Assembly (NCBI RefSeq): GCF_009914755.1
Contig: NC_060928.1
Length of the DNA stretch: 64,000 nucleotides
Direction: 5' to 3' (one strand)
Origin: the human T2T-CHM13v2.0 reference genome, Homo sapiens
Positions 37,935-54,899 of this stretch are shown piece by piece (positions within the stretch are counted from its first letter, which is position 1; each line of letters starts with the position of its first letter). The notes under the pieces are model-generated. The model saw nothing but the letters and a program-made list of their open reading frames with translations. It did no database searches and was not told the DNA's origin. Made by a program: the position numbers and the translations under genes.

Positions 37935-38550
37935 CTATTAATTCAACAAACATCTATTGACCTCTTACTGTATGCCATGTACTTTTGAAAGCACTGGGGC
38001 CATGGCAATGAACAAAACAGACAAAAAATCTCTCCCCTCATGGATAACATGGGGAGATAGAAAATAAACAAGAAAAATATAAAGCATGTTAGCAAAAAAT
38101 GCTAAGAAGAAAAATAAAGCAGGGCAGGCGGGTTGGAAGGTTCAAGGAGAGTTATGAAATGTTAGATAAGGCCGACAGGGAAGGCGTTCCTGAGAAGGTG
38201 ACTTAGGAATAGCGACCTGAAGGAAGTGAGGGGACAACCATGCAGGTGTCTGAGTATGAATGTTTCTAGACAAAAGTGACAGCAGCTGTAAAGACCCAAA
38301 AGCAGACTGTGATGGGCACATTGGAAGAATGGCAAGGAGGCTCCTGTGCCCGAGTGAGGGTAAAAGGAAATGAAGCAAGGGAGAGAATGTGTGTACGCAT
38401 CGTGGCCTTGGGGGCCACAGTGAGGATGCTTGCATTAGGCTATTGTAGGGGTATGAGCAGAGCAGAGGCGTGATCTTACTGAGACTGTATTAGAATCACT
38501 TCTGTTGCTGTGTACAGAACAGAGGGATAATTTGGACAAGGCGCCTGATA
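37935..38550 (-). mobile_element. L2a 3' region
   Basis: attcaacaaacatctattga...tatgcca...gaacaaaacagacaaaa...cagggaaggc.ttcctgagaaggtgac. Confidence 0.85.
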
Positions 38551-40189
38551 TGTAGTAAGGCAAAATAAGTGTAAATTGTTATTGCTAATTTTACAATTAC
38601 TGTGGTCTTTACCTGTTGCTTGACTGTGCCTGTTGAATGAATTGACAAGGAGATTCATGAAACATGACACGGTCACTCATTTTACTGAAATGACTACATA
38701 AAAATGATTAACTCTGCTACACATGTCTTCTTTTATTTTGAAGTGATGATCTATAGAGAGCTGGCTCAAGCGGAAAAATTCCTTGTGGTTGTGGTCTATC
38801 TCTTGAGAAACTTTAGGATTAAATTTTTATTTTGGATGCTTAAGTGTGTCAACTTTAAATTGGCTATAAGTAGTATTTTTTAAAAAACCAACATAAATTG
38901 TGGCTAGGGAGATCAGAGTCCAGAATACCTTTAGAATATTAAACAAATCTATTTATTGCCCAAAACATATTTCTTAACAAATAAAACAACATGTAAATGT
39001 ACGTATGCCAGTTATTCACAATGAATAATACAGCTTCGAATTAAATATTAGAATGTAGTTTTCTCTATTGTTACTTATAGAAATACTTCTGCAGTATGTC
39101 CTAGTGGAAAAATTTAAAAACATTTCTTATAGTAGGTCTTGTTTTTAAAAATTCTGGATTAGATAGTGATGCTATGCCTTGAATATATAGTATATTCTAA
39201 ACAAATTATTATTGCCATTAAAATTTAAAGGGCAAGAATAAAGAATAAAGGTAATACTTTGTGGAGACAATTTAATGAACCAACTTTTCTGTACATTTTA
39301 ATTTAAATTTATCAAACGTTTACATTTCTCTCTGTTTCTTTCTCTCTTTTTTTTTTTTTTGAGACCAAGTCTCACTATGTCACCTTCTTTTTCAACATGA
39401 ACAGATTTATAAATATGCTAGAATTCACATTTCAATAGAAATAAATACTTGTGTATCTTTATCTATACTTATCTATCAGACCATTTATTTTGTTGTAACA
39501 AATCCAATTTTAAGAAAGGGTGGCTATTAGTCACTGAAAACAATAGTTTTCTAGGAGACTATTCCCTGTAGATCTTCACTACACTATCCATTTTGTTTGG
39601 CATTTGATGCTGTCTGTGAAATTCAAGAATTTCACTTACAGACGCCTTGTCAACTTTTCCTCACTTGAGGTTTCCCACACCCACTTAACTGTCAGTTGCT
39701 TTTCAGTAAAGCCCAAATTTAATGAACTTCAATTTCCTAGATATCACTTAAAGGTGGATGTTGAGAGAATGTAGATGTAGAAAGAACCAGAACTGGAAAA
39801 CTATAAATTTAGCAAACACTTAAACATACACTATTTGGTAGTGTTTTCTAGTCTTCATTCTTGCAATACAGTTTCTGAATCCTTCTAAAATGGGTATTTT
39901 CTCCTTGAAAAGCCAAAAAATGCTTTGCACATGTAAAACCATTTACAGCCACAGATGAAGGAATTACCTTCTTATTCCTTGTTACTTGCAACAATTTGAA
40001 GAGAGCATATAATAGAAAAAATCTTTTAAAAAAGTATTGAGATGAAGGAGGGAAAGTGTAACCGTAAAGATCTGTGCCTATAGATTCAATTAAACACATT
40101 CAAAAGCAAATTCTTTGGAAGAAATTTAGATTATGAAATTTGATGCTGGGTCTTGACAGAAACTTGAAACGTAGTAAGGATTAGCCCAA

Positions 40190-40372
40190 TGGCATCAGGG
40201 CTGCTTGAATTCTGGTGAGCATAGGAATTTCCTGAATTACTTACCAAAAAACGTAGCTCCTTGGCCTACCACCAGGGACTCTGATTTAGTTGGTCTCTGG
40301 TAGAGTTTATGCAGAAATCATGTTTGAGAAGCCTTCTAGATGATTTGAAACAGGTGGTCCTATGACCACACT
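40190..40372. mobile_element. MER5A-like hAT MITE
   Basis: ccagggactctgatttagttggtct...aagccttctagatgattt...caggtggtcctatgaccacact. Confidence 0.7.
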
Positions 40373-41014
40373 CTCATGATCTCTTGCCTCAACTGGTGCC
40401 TTGATGCTGGTACTCATTCATATTTTGTCCTTAGACTTGTAATTTAAAATTTGCCTGTTTTTTATGGTACCCATTATGAATTGGTACCTCTTATTCTTAG
40501 CAGATATTTTTACTTTTTATTTTTTTAGATGATAAAAAGCTGTAATCCATAATCTCCCTAAATGCTGCCTCCCCTTGCCTCAGAAAGTCATTACATCTTG
40601 CTCTTCCCTCTTTCTTCTTCCCATCTTAGAGGATAATGCATTTCCCACTTTTTTCTAAGATTGTATTTCTGCCTATTTTCTTCTATTTACTTGCTCAATG
40701 TCTGGTTCTTTCATTGTATTCCCAGCTCCATGAGAACACAGACTGTGACTGTTTTCTTGATCATTGTGTCTTCAGAATTGAGCACAGGGCTTATAGACAC
40801 TCAGGAAATGTCTGTGTTCTGAAGCCATGAGAGATAGCTTGTCTTCCTTTTCCTACGAATCTATTTCATCTGTTATTTTTTTACCTCCAGTTCTCCAGCT
40901 TCTTCTCCCTAAACTCCAGAACCTTACCTTTGTGTATGCTCTCTCTTTCCTATGGCTACTTCTTTTTAAGCTACAAACATACATATTTCTGAAAATTAAA
41001 AACTACATTTCCCA

Positions 41015-41323
41015 GTGTTATGGTCTGAATGGTTGTATCCCCTCAAAATTCATATGTTGTAGTCCTAACTCCCAAGGTGATAGTATTAGGAGGTGGGGCC
41101 TTTGGGGAGGTATTAGATCATGAGAGCAGAGCCCCATGAATGTGATTAGTGCCTTAGAGAAGAAGCCCAAGGGAGCTTGGTGGCCCCGCCCACCACATGA
41201 GGACACAGTACGAAGGCACCAGCTATGAAAAATTGGGACCTTATCAGATAGTGAATCTTTGGATGTCTTGATCTGGGACTTCACAGATATTACAACTGAG
41301 AGAAATAAATTCCTGTTGTTTAT
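41015..41323 (+). mobile_element. MLT1A0-like LTR, 5' part (split by the full-length L1)
   Basis: tgttatggtctgaatg...cctcaaaattcatatgttg...gtattaggaggtggggcctttgggg. Resumes at 47496. Confidence 0.9.
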
Positions 41324-41558
41324 TTTATTTTATTTTTATTTTCTTTTATTGTTATTATACTTTAAGTTTTAGGGTACATGTGCACAATGTGCAGGCTAGT
41401 TACATATGTATACATGTGCCATGCTGGTGTGCTGCACCCATTAACTCGTCATTTAGCATTAGGTATATCTCCTAATGCTATCCCTCCCCCCTCCCCCCAC
41501 CCCACAACAGTCCCCAGAGTGTGATGTTCCCCTTCCTGTGTCCATGTGTTCTCATTGT

Positions 41559-45382
<3,824 letters not shown>

Positions 45383-45449
45383 TTTGATGTTGGCTGGTTA
45401 TTTTGCTCGTTAGTTGATGCAGTTTCTTCCTAGCCTCGATGGTCTTTAC

Positions 45450-46457
45450 AATTTGGCATGATTTTGCAGTGGCTGGTACCGGTTGTTCCTTTCCATGTTT
45501 AGTGCTTCCTTCAGGAGTTCTTTTAGGGCAGGCCTGGTGGTGACAAAATCTCTCAGCATTTGCTTGTCTGTAAAGTATTTTATTTCTCCTTCACTTATGA
45601 AGCTTAGTTTGGCTGGATATGAAATTCTGGGTTGAAAATTCTTTAAGAATGTTGAATATTGGCCCCCACTCTCTTCTCGCTTGTAGAGTTTCTGCCAAGA
45701 GATCTGCTGTTAGTCTGATGGGCTTCCCTTTGTGGGTAACCTGACCTTTCTCTCTGGCTGCCCTTAACATTTTTTCCTTCATTTCAACTTTGATGAATCT
45801 GACAATTATGTGTCTTGGGGTTGCTCTTCTCGAGGAATATCTTTGTGGCATTCTCTGTATTTCCTGAATCTGAATGTTGGCCTGCCTTGCTAGATTGAGG
45901 AAGTTCTCCTGGATAATATCCTGCAGAGTGTTTTCCAACTTGGTTCCATCCTGCCTGTCACTTTCAGGTACCCCAATCAGACGTAGATTTGGTCTTTTCA
46001 CATAGTCCCATATTTCTTGGAGGCTTTGTTCGTTTCTTTTTATTCTTTTTTCTCTAAACTTCTCTTCTCACTTCATTTCATTCATTTCATCTTCCATCAC
46101 TGATACCCTTTCTTCCAGTTGATCGCATCAGCTCCTGAGGCTTCTGCATTCTTCACATAGTTCTCGAGCCTTGGCTTTCAGATCCATCAGCTCCTTTAAG
46201 CACTTCTCTGTATTGGTTATTCTAGTTATACATTCGTCTAAATTTTTTTCAAAGTTTTCAACTTGTTTGCCTTTGGTTTGAATTTCCTCCTGTAGCTCGG
46301 AGTAGTTTGATCGTCTGAAGCCTTCTTCTCTCAACTCATCAAAGTCATTCTCCGTCCAGCTTTGTTCCGTTGCTGGTGAGGAACTGCGTTCCTTTGGAGG
46401 AGGAGAGGCGCTCTGCTTTTTAGAGTTTCCAGATTTTCTGCTCCGTTTTTTCCCCAT
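45450..46457 (-). pseudogene. L1 ORF1, disrupted
   Basis: MGKKRSRKSGNSKKQSASPPPKERSSSP start; premature stop at 46128; frameshift near 45640 (NILKE then out of frame). Confidence 0.93.
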
Positions 46458-47495
46458 CTTTGTGGTTTTATCTACTTTTGGTCTTTGATGATGGTGATGT
46501 ACAGATGAGATTTTGGTGTGGATGTCCTTTCTGTTTGTTAGTTTTCCTTCTAACAGACAGGACCCTCAGCTGCAGGTCTGTTGGAGTTTGCTAGAGGTCC
46601 ACTCCAGACCCTGTTTGCCTGGGTAACAGCTGCGGTGGCTGCAGAACAGCGGATTTTTGTGAACCATGAATGCTGCTGTCTGATCGTTCCTCTGGAAGTT
46701 TTGTCTCAGAGGAGTACCCGGCCGTGTGAGGTGTCAGTCTGCCCCTACTGGGGGGTGCCTCCCAGTTAGGCTGCTTGGGGGTCAGGGGTCAGGGACCCTC
46801 TTGAGGAGGCAGTCTGCCTGTTCTCAGATCTCCAGCTGCGTGCTGGGACAACCACTGCTCTCTTCAAAGCTGTCAGACAGGGACATTTAAGTCTGCAGAG
46901 GTTACTGCTGTCTTTTTGTTTGTCTGTGCCCTGCCCCCAGAGATGGAGCCTATAGAGGCAGGCAGGCCTCCTTGAGCTGTGTTGGGCTCCACCCAGTTCA
47001 AGCTTCCTGGCTGCTTTGTTTACCTAAGCAAGCCTGGGCAATGGTGGGCGCCCCTCCCCCAGCCTCGCTGCCACCTTGCAGTTTGGTCTCAGACTGCTGT
47101 GCTAGCAATCAGTGAGACTCCATAGGCGTAGGACCCTCTGAGCCATGTGCGGGATATAATGTCCTGGTGCGCTGTTTTTTAAGCCGGTCGGAAAAGCCCA
47201 GTATTAGGGTAGGAGTGACCCGATTTTCCAGGTGCCATCTGTCACCCCTTTCTTTGACTAGGAAACGGAACTCCCTGACCCCTTGCGCTTCCTGAGTGAG
47301 GCAATGCCTCGCCCTGCTTCGGCTCATGCACGGTGCACTGCACCCACTGACCTGCGCCCACTGTCTGGCACTCCCTAGTGAGATGAACCCAGTACCTCAG
47401 ATGGAAATGCAGAAATCACCTGTCTTCTGCGTTGCTCACTCTGGGAGCTGTAGACCAGAGCTGTTCCTATTCGGCCATCTTGGCTGCTTCCCGCC

Positions 47496-47562
47496 AAATT
47501 TCTGTTGTCTATAAGCAACCCAGTTTATGCTATTTTGTTATAGAAACCTGAATAGACTAAGT
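47496..47562 (+). mobile_element. MLT1A0-like LTR, 3' part
   Basis: ttctgttgtctataagcaacccagtttatgctattttgttatagaaacctgaatagactaag. Confidence 0.85.
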
Positions 47563-47929
47563 GACTCAGTTTCTTATGCTATGTAGTGTCTTTGTTCAGT
47601 AAAAACAGTTAGCGATGTCCTGCTATTGATATTGAAAAAAGGTTGAGTTATTTTCCTTCTTTCAGTGGACATTTGGAGGTCTATACAAAGCTGTAAGGGG
47701 CAAGAGGTACATGGGCCAGCCGTAAAGTTTGTTTATTCAAATGGAGCTTGTTGATCTGTCATATTTTTCAAGTTGAGCTACTCTGCCAGGGCAACATTCT
47801 ACTGTATTCAAATCAGCTGTTTTGGAATTGGTACACCTGCTAGTGTCTGTTTCTGAACACTGAATGAGTTGCCATAAGGGAGAAAATATAATTCTCTTCA
47901 TCAACTAGAAAATATAATTCAAAGTAGCA

Positions 47930-48860
47930 ATAAGATCTGTAAGATACCTACAATCAATGTAATAAAGAACACATTTATTTTATGTGGAAAAATTTAAAAC
48001 TGTACTAAAGATAAATAATAATAATCTTTAGTAAACTGTACGAAAGGAAATAAATAATAATCTTTCTGATTAGAGAGACATTTCATGCTTCTGGCTGGAA
48101 TGACTTAATATTGTGAAAATACCACGTACTTCTTGAATTAATCTATAAATTCAATATAATTTCAATCAAAATATCAGTTATATTTTTCGTGTACTGGGAA
48201 GAATAATTGTTCACAAATAATAAATTTAAATTTAATAACAATAAAAAGTATACGTGGGTGAATCTTGCTTGCTCTATCAAATATTGAGAAATTAGCCCAA
48301 GAACAGACAAACTGACTGACAAAATGGAATAAAAAGTGCAAAGACAGATTCGTGTGTATGTGTAAATATATTTAATTTACAATAAAATGACACTGCAAGT
48401 CAAGGGGGAAAAGATGGATTATTAGGAAAATGTTGGGAAAACTGGTTTACCATATGCAGAAAGATAAACTTGATTGCTAACTAACAGCATTCAAAAGTAG
48501 ACTCTAGATGTGACAAGTAAAACTATACAGTTAACAGAAGAAACAGTAGAAGAAAGCCTTTGATCCTAGAGAATGATTTCTCAGACTTTCCTGGAGAATG
48601 ATTTCTAGAACTTTCAAAGAACAAACTGTAAGGCAAATGTTGGTGAATTTGTTTATATCTAAACTAATGATTTCTAATTAATGAATGGAAAATGTTAAGA
48701 GCTAACAAAATGGGTGCATCTATATGTTCAAGATATTAATATCTAAAAACGGTAAATATCTAGAATATATAAGAAATACTTGCAAATTAATAAGGAAAAG
48801 ACAACAATCTCAACAGAAAAATACATAAAGCATAAGAATAAGCAATGTACAAATATTTTA
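47930..48860 (+). mobile_element. Very old L1M (ME/MD-like) ORF2 fragment
   Basis: gagagacatttcatgcttctggctggaatgacttaatattgtgaaaat, ttaatctataaattcaat, tctagaatatataagaaa, aataaggaaaagacaa. Confidence 0.75.
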
Positions 48861-49329
48861 AGAAACACAAAATAATGCACTTTTTTTGGCAAGAAAACAC
48901 ACAATGCAAAATCTTAAAGACATTAGAATGCCTGTGGAGGGGAATTTTAATATTTAAAAATAGTTATGTACCAGACTAGATTTTGGATATTGAAGACAGA
49001 AATGAATTTAATTCCTCCATGTTCAGCTATGCTAAGCAATAATGTTTGAGGAAAAAAAAACACATCCTAATAGCCATAAATTAGATTATAATAGAAATCA
49101 GTAGGAGGCCGTGGCACCTGTCTAGATATGTGCTGCTGAATACCTGGACTTGGGTGGTGGCAAGGGAATGGAGTGATGGGTCAGCAGGCTTTTGTATTGG
49201 CATGGATGTTTGAGGGAATGAAATAAATAAATAAACATGAGTTTTAAAGCCAAGTGAAGGTCCAATTTCCAGTAGTACTGCTTAGAATCATTTGAACTAA
49301 TTGTTCAACTAAAAATGTTGGATAAACTT

Positions 49330-50900
49330 TAAAAAAATTCTTAAAATGTAAACAACTTGGCAAGACATAAAGCCATTTCAGATCAAAATGTATAATTCCT
49401 TTATCCCACTGTGACTCCCAATCTACTGATCCTACCCACATTTCAGTGTCCCTCACCCCCATGATATCCTAATTTTCCTCTTTGATTACTTAAATTGCAT
49501 AGACAATTAATATAAATCACTCCCTTGTATATTTCCTTGATTCCTTTGTCCTTCTTGGGTTTTACTATAGTGGCTTGGCTCAACTTAATTAAACCCAAGT
49601 TTCTCCCCCTATACTTGTGTAGCTGAGCATGGTTGATGCAAAACATAAAACATACAACCACATTGAATGGCATCACTTTAAATTTAACGTTATCAAGCAA
49701 ACATACTTTCTGTCCCTAGTCCATTCATATGGACTAGGTACCCACTCACCTGGATGACTATTTCACAACTTTCTTTCTTTTCAAAATTCCAGTCCCTTTC
49801 CTCATTTTCAATTTTAGCTGATTGACTTTTTTTAAAATGAGACATTTAGAACAATCTAGAGAGAACTTCCCAACACCATGTTTGATCATCAGCATTACAT
49901 TCCTTTACTCTTCCTTCCCCCCTCAATGAAATATACATGCTTTTATCAAAAGCCAATCCCTCTATTTGTGCCGTAGATGTGATCCCTTCTCACCTTTTCC
50001 ATGACATTTCTCCAGCAATTCTCCCCACTGCTTCTTATGACATCAATTTTTCACTTTACTGAAGTATTCTCCTTTAGCATACAAATCTGCTGTTATTTCT
50101 TCCATATGAAACAATATGAACAAGCTTTTCTCGAAACAGTTCTGCCATCCAGCACGATTTTTGTCCCCTTTGCAACAAAGCCCCTTGAAGGAGTTGTCTA
50201 TACTTCTTGTTTTCACTTCCATTCCTCACATTCTCTCTTAACCCATTCTAATCAGTTAGGCTTCTACTGCCCTCCCCTATGGTCTCCAATGGCCTCTACT
50301 TTGCTAAAGACTAGTTCTTGCCCCTCATTTTAGTCTTGACCCATCAGTAACATTTACTTCTGATTATTGATTGTTCAATTCTTTTTAACATATGCTTTCT
50401 TTTGGCTTCTAGGACATCACACACTCCTTTTCCCTCCTGCTTTGCTGGTCTTCTATTCCTCTGTCTTCTTCACTGGTTTTTTCTTTTTTCTCGTATATTT
50501 TAGAGTTGGAAAGTATCCTAGAGTGTTTTCGTTTTTTTCTCTTTTTTCTTTGTACTCACTATCTCAGTGATCCCGTTCTCATCTGATTTTGAGGCCTTGA
50601 ATACCATCTGTATGTTTATGACTCCCAAATTTATATCTTCCGCTCAATCTCTTTCCAATTAGCTACTTGATATTTTTACTTGTACATCTGATAGATTATT
50701 TTAAACTCAACATATTAAAAACAGAACTTCTGAAACCTTCCACACTGTCAAACAAACATATAAAAAGTATAACAATACTACTTTGGTTGATGACAACTCA
50801 GGCCATAAGCCTTTGTCTAATATTTGACTATTCTCTGACTCTTATACCCCACATCCCATACTTTATTAATTGCATTGGAAATTCAGTTTCCATCTATGTA
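49330..50900 (+). mobile_element. L2 remnant
   Basis: aaagccaatccctctatttgtgcc.tagat, ttgcaacaaagccccttgaaggagttgtctatact, tttatgactcccaaatttatatct. Confidence 0.8.
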
Positions 50901-50924
50901 AAGCTCCATGTTGATCTGCTGCAA

Positions 50925-51646
50925 GGATAGTTGTGGGCCCCAGTGCAATAAAAATGTGGGGCTCCTGATAGGGAAGGGAAGTCAATGATTCCTTCTTACG
51001 GGTCCTTCTTCTAATCCATGGTGAACAGATGACCCTCCATAGATTGTCGCCTCCTCTCTCAGATGTGCTTGGTACCCGGATTGGGAGTGGTAAGAGGCTC
51101 TTGCCAAATTGTCCATGAAATGCTCTGTGTTGCTGCCAGCCTAGAGTAGAGAATCACTGCCTTGATCTGCCCTAAGATATCACGTGGTGTGCACCCAACA
51201 CTGACCCTCTCTGTGCTTGCATCCAGGCCCTCTTGGGGCTGGAAGGTAAACAACAGAATGTGAGTCTTTCCTTGCCGAAGGTGAGGGTGTTAGTGGTCAC
51301 AGGGATGGTGTAGGGAGGAGGAGGCTGGACAGGGCCTAGGTGGCCAAGAACCCATATTAAGTTGGTGGGAAGGTGGAGAAATGGTAGGAGGAGGCTATCC
51401 ATGAATGAGTTTCCAACCACCTGTGCATGCTCCCTTGTCCCATCAAACTTCACCTAAAAATGCAAATTCAGATGATCAGATTCAATGGATAATCTTAGCC
51501 AAGTTATTTAACTTCTCTAAGCCTGTTTTCCTTAGATCATCATTTCAATATGGTGGCTGCAGAGTACTAAATTGCAAATGCAGGGCTTTTTTGAGCATTG
51601 AGTCTTGTGTGACTGCATTGATTACACTCCCATGAAGCCAGCCCTG
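50925..51646 (-). mobile_element. MER45-family hAT-Tip100 DNA transposon
   Basis: The reverse complement of the right end reads cagggctggcttcatgggagtg...tgcagtcacacaag, as in the recalled MER45B/R terminus. Left end ttgtgggccccagtgcaa. Confidence 0.6.
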
Positions 51647-51889
51647 ATCTGGTGATATTGCCTAGCCAAAAATAAGACTCCATTTAATGATTGCCTTTTG
51701 CCTTTCTTACTGGTACTTCTGACTTCTCTTCCTTCTGATTGCCCAATTGGCATCTTTTCTAGGCTGTCAAATTTTACCCAGAGCCTCCAGGATTTGTGAT
51801 GACTTCGAAGAAGGTTTGGACTCTGATCTCCGATCTTCAGTTTTCAGAACCCAGTTAGTTATGAGTTAGGGATGGTCTTTTTTTTTTGC

Positions 51890-52230
51890 ACGTAACACTT
51901 AAAAGCATGAATTTTGAAGACAACTAGACCAGAGTTTAAGTCCTGTGTTTGCTCTTACTTGATGGGTGAACTTGGGCAAGTTATTTAACCTCGCTAAGGC
52001 TTGCTTTCCTTAGATCATTCATTTAGAAGACTGTGTGGTTAAGAGTGTATGCTGTAGGCAGTCTTTAACCTCTCTGTGCCTCAGTTTCTTCCTCTGAAAA
52101 TGGGAATGATAATACTACCTACCCTATAGGATTGTATTGAAGATTCAGTGAGTTAGTACATGCTAAAGTACTTGGAAAATGCTCAGAACAGGCTGGCACC
52201 ATTGCAAGGGTTTAGTAAATGCTAACTATT
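51890..52230 (+). mobile_element. MIR fragments
   Basis: agaccagagtttaagtcctg...cttgggcaagttatttaacctc; ttaacctctctgtgcctcagtttcttcctctgaaaatgggaatgataata. Confidence 0.85.
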
Positions 52231-54899
52231 CTATTCATTTATTCATTGAAAAAATGTTTATGTAGCACTTATACTGTTCCATGCATACAGTTTCTCATCT
52301 AATGAGTAGTATTATAGATAAATATCTACAAATAAAGTGAGACTTGTTAAATGCTTAGCACCATGACTGTCACTTTGTATAATCTTAACAAATGTTAGCT
52401 ATTACAATTATAACCAATAATGATAATTATTAAGTTGTTAGCCAGAAGAAAGATATCTTGGTTATAGCTGTTTGATGGTAATGAGGTGAAAGCTGCGTGG
52501 TAAAAAACATATTCAAAGAATATCCTAGTCCTATTCCTTGAGGACATTCTATTTTTCCATGCAGAGTGAGCAGCATAGATCTCAGATGACAACTTGGTCT
52601 CCCTACCATTTGATCAAGATAAAATTGAATTGGACCCCCTATCTCATAACCTGCATACACCATTAGACCTCCCAAGATTTCTTCAAAAGATCCACCCAAG
52701 GATTTATGCTTTCATAATCCTCTTTTCTTGTGAGTGGTTTTTTCCCAGCAACATGTCTAACAAGGAAAGAGACCACAGATCTAGGTTTTCTAAAAGAATA
52801 CCCTCACATTAGTGAAAAACATAGAATTTAGTGTATATTTTGCAGGAGGGCAGAAGAAGCGTTGATTACATGGCACATGGTAGAACAAACAATTATTAAA
52901 CTCCATGTTAGTGATTCTTGTTCTTCTAAACCCCTCTGTTACTCTGCTGCCATACTGGGCATTTTTTCCCTTCTTTATTGAGCACCTCCTTCCTTTCACA
53001 TTGCCTCTTATCCACTCCAGGAATCCCCCAATTTTCCTGGAAAATAATTGGATGTTTTCTGGCTTACACTCCCAAACTTATATTTAGACATTTATCAAGT
53101 GCTCAACTCATCAATGGCCTTCTAGTAATATAATTCATTCTTCAGAGAAAATTCAGTGGTGAAATATTTCCTTATTATATTTGCTTTATATGTTTGGCAA
53201 TATGTATTCCTTCATTTACGTGTTTATTTGAAAAGTATCTGTTGAATGCAACCTTTGGTTCAGGCATTAGGCTTTTAGTAATATGATGGGAGTCCCTGAC
53301 CTCATGGGTATTTAATTAAAAAGTTAAAACATAGATATACATATCTATATCATACACTGACATTGCTTTGGTGTTATAGCATACATTTTAAAAGAGCCTT
53401 GTCAGAATTAAACTTTGTTTTTCAGCTACTCTGTACTCACTCTCTGGTCCTCCCACTTAGATCTAGGAACAGAGTAAGGACTGGCAGTATATGCAATGGG
53501 GAGTAGTGGCTGGAAGGTGAGTCTCCAGATGACATCCGGGATCTAGTGCCTTCATTTCTCTGATGAAGCCATGCAAATAACCATAAGAGAAAAAGTTAAT
53601 TGAGGTGATGAGTGGATGAAGAGAGTGAGTCATGGTTACCAAGAATAAAAGTGCTGAGTTGTTGATGAGGTACAGAAATAATTAGTAACATATTTACAAT
53701 TGCTGACATTTCCTAACTACTTTCAGCTGGTTCTTTGGTGTGGACTGTATGAAACTTAATAATTGGTACTCATTTAATCTTAAGTAGGGTCCAAAATGTT
53801 CTTCTGCTTGGTCTGATTCTTTCTTCTTTTGTTCAAACTCCTTTGATAGACAAACAGAGGAAAGAGAAGGAGGCAACTGTTCCAAGATAGATTCTTCCCC
53901 AATACAGAAAAGAGAGACAAGAAAAATCATAATTTTCAATGCCATATATTTGTATGTAATGCAGACCAAACTTCTTGTTTAAAAATGATAAAGTAAGTCA
54001 TGCTTATAAGGCTCATGGCTTGGTGTTTTCTCAGCAAGAAAAACAGATCCAAAGGTTGATATAGTCTAGAGGATCTACTAGATTGATCTTAAAATGAAAA
54101 ACTATATAATGCTAAAGAACAATGTTAGAAAATCGTCTAGATAAAAAGTAGTTCCTTTCTAAATAAAAAAGCTACTTCCCACATACGTTCTCTTGATTAT
54201 GCTCCAAATTCTAGGTCCTAAATACAATTCAATAAATATATGAACAATAAGCGTTGAAATGGAAGACGAGCAATCAATAATTTATCATAGCCCATTTACA
54301 TGATCTTGTAGAGTATGAACCCAGATATATTGTTTCCACTAATCTATGGTACTATCTTAATGAACTAAGAGGAGATATACAGATTCAGTACGTTAGGCCT
54401 TCAAATAACATTTTTAAAGCTTCCTTTTTCTTAGTTTATTGCAAAAGGAAATATTGGTTCCTCCTGAATAGATGTAGTGGTTAGATAAATTTCAGCACTC
54501 AAGAGACCAAAAAAAAAGGCCATGAGAGAAAATATCTTTCTTAGACTCACTTAAGCTTGTTATCTTTTGGCTGTTGCCTGTATTCTTTTGCATTCTTTAG
54601 CCACATTGGTTATTCAAACACAGTGAATTAAAGCCATTAGTTTTAGTTTTGATGATCTTGTATAGAAGGTTAGTTGATACGGGGTTTTGCATGTAAAATC
54701 AGGGTTAGCTGATATTCATTCTATAAATAATTTCAGCATTTTGTGAGAATTTTGATGGAGTCTTAAAGCCCTTTTTAAATATTTCATTGAATTGATAGGA
54801 GTCTTGTGTAAGTAAAGAAACTCTATTCCCAAGCTGATCCACTGATTTGTGGACTTGTCACTTGGTAGTAGATACTTGTTTTTGGCATCACATATCCAT

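Noticed and set aside
49715-49738. Hairpin cctagtccat-tcat-atggactagg
   Set aside because: 10-bp arms within a decayed L2 with no other support; plausibly chance or a small template switch.
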